A stretch of 62,382 nt of DNA, filler included. It is 5 parts of 5 records of this genome, joined end to end, with 100 filler letters (N's around TTAATTAATTAA, not from the genome) between each part and the next. Parts side by side here need not be neighbours in the genome. Positions count along the whole stretch, not along the records: positions 38,300 to 62,382 come from SRR31156797_3900; 4 more parts are not named here. One strand, written 5' to 3'. Positions 38,300 through 47,175 of the stretch are shown piece by piece (the first letter of the stretch is position 1; each line of letters opens with the position of its first letter). The position numbers and the translations under genes were made by a program. The notes under the pieces were generated by a model. The model saw only the letters and a list, made by a program, of their open reading frames with translations, was not told the origin of the DNA and did no database searches.

Positions 38300-39478
38300 T
38301 TTACCCCCACCTTCACGGTAACGTCTTTCTTTTTCCAGGATTTCCCGTTTATGATTCCAGGCCAGAAGAAGCGTGTAGGGCGGGTTATCCCGGAGAAAAT
38401 GGTTGTGGGACTTAACGGGAATATGTGTTCCCGGAGTATATTTTCCGATCTTTGTGGGCGTTGTATCCGACACGTAATCGATCAGATCCGGACCGATCCG
38501 TGAGTGGATCAGAAGGGTCGTGCTTTTGGATGTGGCGCCGTAAGCCGCAATCCGGTTCCCCTCTTCCTTTATTTTTACAAGGGTCCGTTTCAGGTCCGAG
38601 CATACCCTGTCCACATTTTCCTTGAACGGAACATATCCCCTAAATTCATGAAGGTCCAAAGCCTTTTCCCGGGACAAGTGAACCGACACATCTTCCCGCT
38701 CCGAATGGTTGCCCCCCCTCCTTAAATAATAACGCATGGATCCCCCGTGGACTTGTTTCGGGACCATGCCCACGAGCTGAAAACCATGTTGTTCGGCAAG
38801 TTTTGAGACCGCCAAGCCTGAAAAATAGTAAACATGTTCATCATAGATTTGATCAAAAGAGACTTTTCTTACGATATCCGGTAAATAGGGGTCTTGGAAG
38901 AAAAATACGCCGTCAGGCCTCAACAAAAGGCCGACCCCTTCAAATACCGAGTTGATATCCTCAATATGACACATGACATTGGCGCCACAGATGATATCCG
39001 CTTGACCATGAAGTTTTCGAATTTCCAAGGCAGTTTCAGCATTAAAAAATTTCCCAAGAACCTGAACCCCTTTATTCCTGGCAATGGTTGCCACGTTTGC
39101 CGAAGGTTCGATGCCCAGATGGGATAAGCCGAGGCCGGCAATATGTTTAAGCATGATGCCGTCATTGCAACCAAGTTCTACGATAAACGGGTCAGGTCGG
39201 CCGGAAACAAATTCAGCGATTTCTTGGGCCATTTCTCGGAAATGATTTTCCATGGCCGCTGATATGGATGAAAAATAGGCATAGGAATCGTTAAACATCA
39301 TGGCCGGATCAACGCACGATTCAAGCTGCACCATCAGGCATTTGGGGCACCATCCGAGCGATAGATGGTAACCATACTCATCCGCACCCGGATCGGTCAC
39401 AAACCTGTTGGAGATCGGCATTTTCCCAAAAGAGATAACGGTTTTGAGCTCATGAAGGCATATGTTGCAGTTGCCCAT
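38300..39478 (-). CDS. NDP-hexose C-methyltransferase (TcaB9/TylCIII-like), 3' truncated
   Basis: Zn motif CNIC..CPKC, VELGCNDG, FDQIYDEH, HGGSMR, YGATSK, LLLAWNH. Confidence 0.85.
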
Positions 39479-39542
39479 TGATTCCTCCGGGGAAAAGATT
39501 CAAACTACGGTAGTCGATGCTTAACATTTTTGGGCCTGGTTT

Positions 39543-39926
39543 TTAATAAACGGATCCCGGTGGATGTGATTCGGAAAATCCCCGTGTTGCCAGATTTTCG
39601 GGAAACTCCTGAATGCTGGAGATTTGTTCCACCGAAGGGAAATCATTTAATACACCCGCCTTTTCCAGATACAGTGTTTTTCCGATGGCGAGGACTTTAG
39701 CGTTTTTCTGGCGGATACAGGCCATCTTTACCAGTTCAAGTTTGTTATCGATGGGTAATGTCAGATCCACGACCACCATGCCGAAAGAATCCATTTCCAG
39801 GGCACGCATGGCAGAGCCCTGATTGGGGTATCGTATGGGTTTCATATGATGAGACCGGATATGATGGTTCAGATAGTTGGCACGATCCGGACTGTCACTG
39901 ACAATTAAAACACGCGTGTTTTTCAC
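39543..39926 (-). CDS. Atypical single-domain response regulator receiver
   Basis: RVLIVSD and MVVVDLTLP; RBS AGGAGA. Confidence 0.55.
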   Translation of the reverse strand: MKNTRVLIVSDSPDRANYLNHHIRSHHMKPIRYPNQGSAMRALEMDSFGMVVVDLTLPIDNKLELVKMACIRQKNAKVLAIGKTLYLEKAGVLNDFPSVEQISSIQEFPENLATRGFSESHPPGSVY

Positions 39927-39957
39927 AATCTCCTCCTAAAGCATTTTCTTGATTCAC

Positions 39958-41163
39958 TTATGTTGTTTGATCAACATGATATCCGGAAGATCTGAGGGCA
40001 TTCAAAAGAGTATGAAGGTGGGAAAGCCCTCTGGTTTGTACCACAAATTCCACTTCAGCGGATTGAAGGGGTAGATCCGTAAAGGCTCTCTGGTGGTGCA
40101 CCTCCACAATATTGGCGCCGGCATCGGCGATACAGCGGGTTACATGCGATAAGGCCCCGGGAAAATCTCGCAGTTCCACCCGCAACCGGACGAGCCGTCC
40201 GGTCCGCACCAGGCCCCGCTGAATGATGGAAGAAAGGGGGAGCAGATCGATGTTTCCCCCGGAGAGGATCAGGCCTGTTCTTTTTCCTTTGAAGCGTGAT
40301 TTGTGCTTCATGACGGCGGCAAGTCCCACGGCTCCTGCGCCCTCTACCACCGTTTTTTCAATCTCCAGAAGCAACAGCACCGCCTTTTCGATATCCGCTT
40401 CGTCCACCAGGAGGATATCGTCAACCTTCTCTTTGATAATTGGCAAAGGCAGTCGTCCCGGTTCTTTGACGGCAATGCCTTCGGCAAGGGTGCATTTTCC
40501 CCATACGGGAGATGTTTCCTTGAGGGTGCAATACATGGATGCATAACCTTTGACTTCAATCCCGATGATGGATATCTCGGGGTTTAAGGACTTGGCGGCA
40601 ACGGCGCATCCCGCAATAAAGCCGCCGCCCCCGACGGGTACCACAATGGCCTCCAGATCGGGAAAAGCTTCCAGCATTTCCAAGGCGACCGTCCCCTGAC
40701 CCGCCATGACTTTTTCATCGTCATAGGGATGGATTAATTCAAGGCCCCTTTCAACGGCCAGCTCTTTTGCAAAAACGCTCGCTTCGTCAAAATCTTCCCC
40801 TTCGAGGATGACTTCCGCTTTGAAAGCCCGGGTATGTTCCACTTTGAGGTTGGGGGTATATCGGGGCATGATGATGACCGCCGGGATTTCCAGGTTCCGG
40901 GCGTGGTAGGCCACGGCCTGGGCATGATTTCCCGCGGACATGGCGATGACCCCGGCTTTTCGACTTTTCGGGGATAGGGAAAGCAGCTTGTTTAGTGCGC
41001 CGCGTTCCTTGAAAGAACCCGTGAACTGGAGATTCTCAAACTTCAAAATCAGGGACGTGCCGGTAATTTCAGAAAGGGTGGTAGACGGGGCGCAATGGGT
41101 TTTTACAATTCTCCCGTGAATGTTTGTTGCGGCATTGGTTATGTCTTTCAAGGTGAGGGCCAT
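39958..41163 (-). CDS. ilvA: Threonine ammonia-lyase with C-terminal ACT domain
   Basis: KFENLQFTGSFKERGA, SAGNHAQA, PVGGGG, SGGNID, DFPGAL. Confidence 0.88.
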   Translation of the reverse strand: MALTLKDITNAATNIHGRIVKTHCAPSTTLSEITGTSLILKFENLQFTGSFKERGALNKLLSLSPKSRKAGVIAMSAGNHAQAVAYHARNLEIPAVIIMPRYTPNLKVEHTRAFKAEVILEGEDFDEASVFAKELAVERGLELIHPYDDEKVMAGQGTVALEMLEAFPDLEAIVVPVGGGGFIAGCAVAAKSLNPEISIIGIEVKGYASMYCTLKETSPVWGKCTLAEGIAVKEPGRLPLPIIKEKVDDILLVDEADIEKAVLLLLEIEKTVVEGAGAVGLAAVMKHKSRFKGKRTGLILSGGNIDLLPLSSIIQRGLVRTGRLVRLRVELRDFPGALSHVTRCIADAGANIVEVHHQRAFTDLPLQSAEVEFVVQTRGLSHLHTLLNALRSSGYHVDQTT

Positions 41164-41188
41164 GTTTTCGAAATCCCCTTATTTGAAA

Positions 41189-41228
41189 GGATGGGGCTTC
41201 GGGACGTTACACGTCCCTAAGCGCATCC
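41189..41228 (-). promoter_or_regulatory. Candidate bacterial SECIS hairpin immediately 3' of UGA
   Basis: UGA-GGAUG-C-GCUU-A-GGGACG-UGUAA-CGUCCC-G-AAGC-CC-CAUCC. Confidence 0.55.
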
Positions 41229-42365
41229 TCAGGTTGGTGTGGTACAGGTGCCGGATGAAGTGTCGGGATTGGATTCCGTTTTTGGGTGATTCCGATCCGG
41301 TTTGAATCGAGATCGAAAACTTTCAAGGACCGGCTTTATGGACAAGAGCAGAAGGAACAGTGCACCTGTCCATTCTCCCCATGCCGGCATGATTTCAGCC
41401 GCCCGGCCCAGAAGGGCTTGCGGGTGAAAACCGAGAAAGCGATAAACATGATCCACCATGAGCCCAAAGAAAACGGCGGACAGGCAAATGGCCGTGAGAT
41501 AGATGGCCGTGGCCCGTTTTCCCAGGGTCCCCCAGAGCACTGTCAGGGACGTTACGTTGGTGGCCGGACCGGCCAGGAGAAACACCAGCGCCGCTCCGGG
41601 GCTGACCCCTTTTAAAATGAGAGCTGCTGCCACGGGAGTTGATGCAGTGGCGCAGATGTAAAGGGGAATTCCCACCGCCAGCATGAGGAGCATGGATGGC
41701 AACCCCCCTCCCAGATGGCGAACAAGCATTTCATCGGGAACCAGGGTTGTAATCAGCCCCGCCAGGAGTATCCCCAGCAGAAACCAGCCGGCCATGTCAC
41801 CCCATACATCGGTCAGGGCGTATTTAAAGCCCGCCATGATTTTTTGTGTTCGGGTGTGGTGTTTTTTATGGTCATCGGGATGACAGTCCTTTCCGTCGCA
41901 GCAGGCGTCTACGGGACAGGTGAGGTCTTCTGAAACCGACCGTTCATCTTCTGAAGCGTTGAAGGTGTTTTCAGCCATACCGGCAACGGTCGCCGTTGTG
42001 AACGCTGCAACGGGGCGTGCAATGGTCATCACCGGGTCCAGGAGCGCATAGGTAATGGCCAGGGAATCAATGCCGGATTCAGGGGTTGATATCAAAAAGG
42101 CGGTGGTTGCGCCGGTGTTAGCGCCCTGTTTGCGGAGAGAAACGGCTGCCGGCAGTACACCGCAGGAACACAAGGGTAGCGGGATCCCCAGAAAGGCGGC
42201 CTTGAAAACCGATTTGAATTTTCCCTGCCCCAATTGCCGCGAGACGGCACTGGGGTTCAGGAAAACACGAAGAAGGCCGCTGACCAGGAGCCCGAGAATG
42301 ACATAGAGGGAGGATTCCAGGAGCAGGTGCCACGCTTCAAGCAAAATATTGATGATAAAGGTCAT
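41217..42365 (-). CDS. DUF318/ArsP-type heavy-metal permease (SO_0444-like). End is 41217 if UGA at 41231-41229 is read as Sec, otherwise 41229.
   Basis: GIPLPLCSCGVLP, FLISTPE, GIPLYICATASTP, FLLAGPATN, Cys/His loop CPVDACCDGKDCHPDDHKKHH. Confidence 0.88.
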
Positions 42366-42400
42366 TTGTTTTCAATCCTGTGACAATCCTGTTATGGCGG

Positions 42401-42775
42401 TTATTCGCGCACGTGGGCCAGACCGATTTTGAGCAGTTCAACCACGTGATCATCGTTTAAGGAATAGTATAGAATCTGTCCGTCCCTCCGCTGTTTGACA
42501 AGATCCAGATCCTTCAAGCGTCTGAGTTGGTGCGAAACCGCTGAATCGCTCAAACCGGTGAACGCCGCCAGGTCGCATACGCACATCTCACCACACTCAA
42601 GGGCCATCACCATTTTAAGACGGGTATTATTCCCAAGGACCTTGTAGGTCAGCGCCAATCGTTCCAGATCATTTTCAGGGATAGATTCTTCCCAGGCGCG
42701 TTCAACCCGCCTGAAATTTACCACGTGAACCTGGCACCCGTCTTCCTTAAGAATTTTGTTTTTGCGTTGGGGCAT
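42401..42775 (-). CDS. ArsR/SmtB-family metal-sensing repressor (ZiaR/CadC-like)
   Basis: N-terminal Cys, EMCVCDLA (alpha3 site), SAVSHQLRRL, DDHV..HVRE (alpha5 site). Confidence 0.92.
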   Translation of the reverse strand: MPQRKNKILKEDGCQVHVVNFRRVERAWEESIPENDLERLALTYKVLGNNTRLKMVMALECGEMCVCDLAAFTGLSDSAVSHQLRRLKDLDLVKQRRDGQILYYSLNDDHVVELLKIGLAHVRE

Positions 42776-42790
42776 GATTTGACCTTTTGA

Positions 42791-42841
42791 GTATATGAAC
42801 ATTTGTTCATATACGATAATGTGTAAACCCTTTCCTGTCAA
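42791..42841 (-). promoter_or_regulatory. ArsR/SmtB operator palindrome and sigma70 promoter
   Basis: GTATATGAACA-TT-TGTTCATATAC (42791-42814). Minus strand TTGACA (42841-42836), 17-nt spacer, TATCGT. Confidence 0.85.
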
Positions 42842-42903
42842 GGCGTTTGTCCCCGACGTTCGAGCGTTAGCGCAATAATGGGTTATGTTTTTTTGCCGAG
42901 CGC

Positions 42904-43620
42904 CTAAAAGGCGGATTCCCCTGCTTCACGTATTTTTTCTTGTTCAGTCAGGTTTTTGGCTTTTTCAATTTTCAGCATTTCTTCCAGGTTATTCACATAA
43001 TAGATGCAGAAAAGATATTCCGGGTTGCCCAGCCTGTCTTTGGTCGATGACACAACAAAGAAATCCGTGTCGTCTTTCCAGAAAATGGTTTGGCCCTCTT
43101 TATCCTGCCACTGGAACTGTTCAGGCGGGCCGTATTTTCTTTTGATGGTTTCAACAATGGCGGCGGCATCCGGTCCGGCGGATATTTTGAAAAAGAGGGG
43201 CTTTTTTGTGTCGTTTGAAAAATAAAGGGTTATATCGTTAAAGGGAGTTTCTTTTAAACGCGCGTAGCGGTACATGAGTTTGGTGGTATTATGTTCAATA
43301 CGCTCACCTTCGGGCAGGTTCAGTTCACGGTTCAGTTTGAAAAGCTGGGGGAAATGTTTTTTGAAAAAGGCATTGGAGTAAATGGTTAGATCAATGACGT
43401 TCTGCCGGCTGATGGCATCGGAACCGAGTTTTTCTCCCAGTTTCCGGCGCACAGCCCTCGAATAATGCGAGTTGGCGCCCAGATCGAAAAAGGCAAACCC
43501 CTTTATGACTTCCGGTTGCGGCGGTGTTTTTGAATTTTCGGTATTGCACCCGTAGCACAGGCACAACAGGATGGCGATGAGCCACATGGTCAGATGCATA
43601 AAAGGTTTGCGTTTATCCAT
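42904..43620 (-). CDS. Hypothetical lipoprotein
   Basis: RBS AAGGAGG, then MDKRK, a hydrophobic stretch and YGC lipobox. Confidence 0.65.
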   Translation of the reverse strand: MDKRKPFMHLTMWLIAILLCLCYGCNTENSKTPPQPEVIKGFAFFDLGANSHYSRAVRRKLGEKLGSDAISRQNVIDLTIYSNAFFKKHFPQLFKLNRELNLPEGERIEHNTTKLMYRYARLKETPFNDITLYFSNDTKKPLFFKISAGPDAAAIVETIKRKYGPPEQFQWQDKEGQTIFWKDDTDFFVVSSTKDRLGNPEYLFCIYYVNNLEEMLKIEKAKNLTEQEKIREAGESAF

Positions 43621-43886
43621 TTTCGCCTCCTTTTTATTTTGATTTTGGCAGTCAAAATAACGATATATTATTCTAAAACAGGATAACACCTTCGTATGTG
43701 GATTAAAACCCATAAGTTGGAACCGGATGGTTTTCTCAACATTCGTCGGCATGGGGAATGTGTCTAGGGTCCGGCAGCCGTCTATTTCCCTTGCACCTTT
43801 TTTGCACCTGCTATACTTTATGGGGCAAAGTTCATCGGTGATAAATGGTTTGCAATAGCGAAATTTGACATGAAGGAGGAGATCGG

Positions 43887-44429
43887 ATGACAGATCTAAT
43901 GGATATTATCAAGGGAAGGCGGAGCATTCGGAAATATCAGGATAAGGATATCCCGGAGGAGTTGCTTAATCGGATCCTGGAATCGGTCCAGTGGGCCCCA
44001 TCCTGGGCCAACACCCAGTGCTGGGAAGTGGTTGTGGTGAAGGATCCTAGTGTTAAAGAGGCGCTTTCGGAAGTTCTGCCCAAGACCAACCCCGCACGTA
44101 AACATTTTACCGAAGCACCGGTGATTCTGGTGCTGTGTGGTAAACTCGGAAGCGCCGGCTATTACAAGGATCAGGTGACCACCAAATTCGGGGACTGGTT
44201 CATGTTCGACCTTGGGCTGGCTGCCCAGAATCTGTGCTTGACGGCCCATGACCTGGGTTTGGGAACGGTCATTACCGGGCTTTTTGACCATGGCAAAGCA
44301 GGTGAGGTTTTGGGGGTTCCCGAAGGGTATGAACTGGTGAGCTTGATTCCGTTGGGTTTTCCGGCCCATGATTCAAAGGCCCCTAAACGGCGGGAGATCA
44401 GCGATTTTACACATTACGATAAATTTTAA
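43887..44429 (+). CDS. Nitroreductase family protein
   Basis: RRSIRKY, APSWANTQCW, DLGLAAQNLCLTAHDLGLGT. Confidence 0.92.
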   Translation: MTDLMDIIKGRRSIRKYQDKDIPEELLNRILESVQWAPSWANTQCWEVVVVKDPSVKEALSEVLPKTNPARKHFTEAPVILVLCGKLGSAGYYKDQVTTKFGDWFMFDLGLAAQNLCLTAHDLGLGTVITGLFDHGKAGEVLGVPEGYELVSLIPLGFPAHDSKAPKRREISDFTHYDKF

Positions 44430-44455
44430 TGAATAACTGAAAATGTCAAGGCGTT

Positions 44456-44489
44456 GACCGCACAGGCCAAAATCATGGCCTGTGCGGTC
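44456..44489. terminator. Hairpin between convergent nitroreductase and AOR genes
   Basis: GACCGCACAGGCCA-AAATCA-TGGCCTGTGCGGTC (14-bp stem). Confidence 0.65.
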
Positions 44490-44508
44490 GGTGTTGGGTC
44501 TTTAGCGC

Positions 44509-46239
44509 TTAAAAGTCAAATACCGAATCCAGGTGTTCGTCGGGAACATCAAATACAACGTCATGGGGCGGAAGCTTTTCCGTCCTGAAAAATTCAGGAA
44601 GCCTGTCATCTGCCCGGGTAAACCCTGCACGGGTGTTGAAATCCGTCTCCATTTTTAAAACCCGCTGACCGAGTGCGCCGATATCATCTCCGGTGAGGGT
44701 GAGGCCGTATTTGGCGTTTACCATATCCACGATGGCGGTAAAGGCATCTGGAATGTCCAGTACCGGAAAGGCCACGAAAAGACAGAGTCCGGCCGTGTCG
44801 ATGGCGGCCGTGGCCACCTGTAGATCGCTCGACAGCTTGGCCTGGCTTTCGGTTCTGAGGGGGTGGACATCTCCGCCCACTTTCATGATGTTGGTGGCAA
44901 CGGCATAGCCGGCCGTATGGTCTCCGCCCATGGGCGATGTGGCATAGGTTACGCCCACACCCTTTACGGCCCTTGGATCATAAGCGGGAAGCGCCTGGTT
45001 TTTGACGACGGGAACCCGCCTTACACCAAAGGTTTTTCCCGTAACGCCTGCGCCGGAACCCAAGATTCGACCCAGGGGAGTCCCTTCGCCGATCTCATTG
45101 ACCAACGCCTCGGCCCCTGCCGTGTCGCCGAATTCCTTGATGCCGCCTTCCATGGCCACGGCCACGGCATTACCGGTTTCAATGGTATCGATTCCGATGT
45201 CGTCGCAGGCCCGATCCATCCGTGCGATGGCGTCCAGGTCTGAGATTTCGCAATTGGGTCCAAATGCCCACACCGTTTCATATTCCGGCCACTTTGAAAC
45301 ATGATCCCCTTTTTCATTCAGGTAAATTCCGGAGCACCGGATCACGCAACCGGACATGCAGCCGTGGGTCGGATCCCCCTTACGTTCAACTGTGATTTTG
45401 TTCAAGCTTTCACCGCCTACCAAATCAGCGCTTTCGAAACGTCCGGAACTGAAGTTGCGAGTGGGGAGTGCCCCGGCCTCGTTAATCACGTTGATCAGAA
45501 CGTCCGTGCCGTAGGTGGGCAACCCCTGGCTGGTCACCGGATGTTCCATCAGGGCTTTTGCAAAGCGTTTGGCGGCTGCCTTGAACGCCTCTTTGTCCGC
45601 CAGGGGTGCCAATTCTCCGCCTTCCGGATCAATGATAATGGCTTTGAGGCCCTTGGAGCCCATGACGGCACCCAACCCACCGCGGCCGGCGTGTCGGGTG
45701 GGACGAAGTTCCCTATCCGTGAAGGCCACGCTGGCGGAAGCCAGCTTCCACTCGCCTGCTTGACCGATACTGACGTAACCCATGTCGAGTCCGTATTCAT
45801 CTTTGAGCCTCTCCACCGTGGCATAGTTTCCCATGCCTTTCAGTTCATCGGCTTCCTGGAGTTCACATTTGTCTTTACCGACGAGCAGTTTGTAGAGTTT
45901 ATCTTCTTTGGGCATGCCCTCAACGATGATGGCTGAAATGCCGAGTCGGGAGAGATATCCTCCTGCCTGGCCACCTGAGTTGGCTTCCTTTATGCCGCCG
46001 GTCAGCGGGCTTTTTCCGCCCACGGAAATACGCCCGGAGTTGGCACAGTTGGTTCCCCCCAGAAGCCCGGGAGCAAATACGAGTTTGTTGTTGGGACCAA
46101 TGGGAGAACAAATGGGATCCACTTCCTTGTTGATTATTGCAGCCGTCAGCCCTCTCCCCCCCAGACCTTGATAGTCGCCGGATATTTCTTCGCTGCTTGT
46201 GGAGAGTTCCGTCATGTTGACCCTCAGGATTTTAAACAT
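44509..46239 (-). CDS. aor: Aldehyde:ferredoxin oxidoreductase (tungsten AOR family)
   Basis: KILRVNM, KSPLTGGIKEANSGG, GRGGLGAVMGSKGLKAI, CMSGCVIRC, PEYET, GLCLF. RBS AGGAGG. Confidence 0.92.
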   Translation of the reverse strand: MFKILRVNMTELSTSSEEISGDYQGLGGRGLTAAIINKEVDPICSPIGPNNKLVFAPGLLGGTNCANSGRISVGGKSPLTGGIKEANSGGQAGGYLSRLGISAIIVEGMPKEDKLYKLLVGKDKCELQEADELKGMGNYATVERLKDEYGLDMGYVSIGQAGEWKLASASVAFTDRELRPTRHAGRGGLGAVMGSKGLKAIIIDPEGGELAPLADKEAFKAAAKRFAKALMEHPVTSQGLPTYGTDVLINVINEAGALPTRNFSSGRFESADLVGGESLNKITVERKGDPTHGCMSGCVIRCSGIYLNEKGDHVSKWPEYETVWAFGPNCEISDLDAIARMDRACDDIGIDTIETGNAVAVAMEGGIKEFGDTAGAEALVNEIGEGTPLGRILGSGAGVTGKTFGVRRVPVVKNQALPAYDPRAVKGVGVTYATSPMGGDHTAGYAVATNIMKVGGDVHPLRTESQAKLSSDLQVATAAIDTAGLCLFVAFPVLDIPDAFTAIVDMVNAKYGLTLTGDDIGALGQRVLKMETDFNTRAGFTRADDRLPEFFRTEKLPPHDVVFDVPDEHLDSVFDF

Positions 46240-46554
46240 ACCAACCTCCTTTTTCTTGGTCGTTTGAAATTGCTTACATCCGCCTTTGAGGTGCCTCATC
46301 AGCGGTGCCGCCGGTTCAGGTTGTCTCAATTTTTCTTTGAGGAAAACCACACCGCTATCAGCATGCATCAAAAAAATAGGAATATCAAGAAAAATATGCA
46401 TAGAATTCAATTGTTTAGATCAATCTTGATATAAGCCCCGGTTGATAGAAAAGATTGACAGGTATTGAAATATAGTGATAATCAAAAAAGTTAAGCTTGC
46501 TTTCGTTGGATGGTTGTACTTCCTTTGATATGAACGTTTTGCAGGATTGTGCTG

Positions 46555-46794
46555 ATGGCTCTCCAGGTTTTTTTAAGTTCCACATTGAGAAAATGCCATC
46601 CCGGGTATGAGCCCTCGACGGGAATTACGCTTCATCTGGAAGGTGATATTTCCGTGGCAGCGCTTCTTCGAAATTTGAAAATTCCACAAAAATCGGTCAA
46701 AATTGTCATGGTTGATGGTGTAAACACGCCTTTTGACCATCGGCTGGAAGGAAATGAACGGGTGGCGTTTTTTCCGCCGGTGGGAGGGGGGTAG
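46555..46794 (+). CDS. MoaD/ThiS-family sulfur carrier
   Basis: Beta-grasp pattern ending VAFFPPVGGG. Confidence 0.85.
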   Translation: MALQVFLSSTLRKCHPGYEPSTGITLHLEGDISVAALLRNLKIPQKSVKIVMVDGVNTPFDHRLEGNERVAFFPPVGGG

Positions 46795-46831
46795 AAACAG
46801 ATGTTGAAACCAAATTGGGGGCGTGTGAAAG

Positions 46832-47155
46832 ATGGTTATGGATGAAAACCAAGCGGTTACCATCCGAATATTCGGATTTTTGCGCCGTTATCTGGATGAA
46901 CGCGGGTTGCCCTATGTGTTAACCGAGGAAGTTCCCGGGGAGGGGATAAGCGCATATGATCTGGTTAAGGGTCTTTCCATTCCGCCTAAGGCGGTAGAGG
47001 CTGTTTTCAAGAACGGCCAGGTGGTCAATATCTATGACCTTATTAATCAGGGGGACAGGGTTGCGCTGCTTCCCCATGGGACGCCCGGACCGTACCGTTT
47101 TTTCCTGGGAATGGCCAGGGAGAACCGCGAGCGCGCCAAGAAAGAAAACAATTAG
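46832..47155 (+). CDS. MoaD/ThiS-like ubiquitin-fold protein lacking the C-terminal GG
   Basis: VEAVFKNG...GDRVALLP followed by the extension HGTPGPYRFFLGM. Confidence 0.7.
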   Translation: MVMDENQAVTIRIFGFLRRYLDERGLPYVLTEEVPGEGISAYDLVKGLSIPPKAVEAVFKNGQVVNIYDLINQGDRVALLPHGTPGPYRFFLGMARENRERAKKENN

Positions 47156-47175
47156 ATGACGGGAGGCAGATTACG

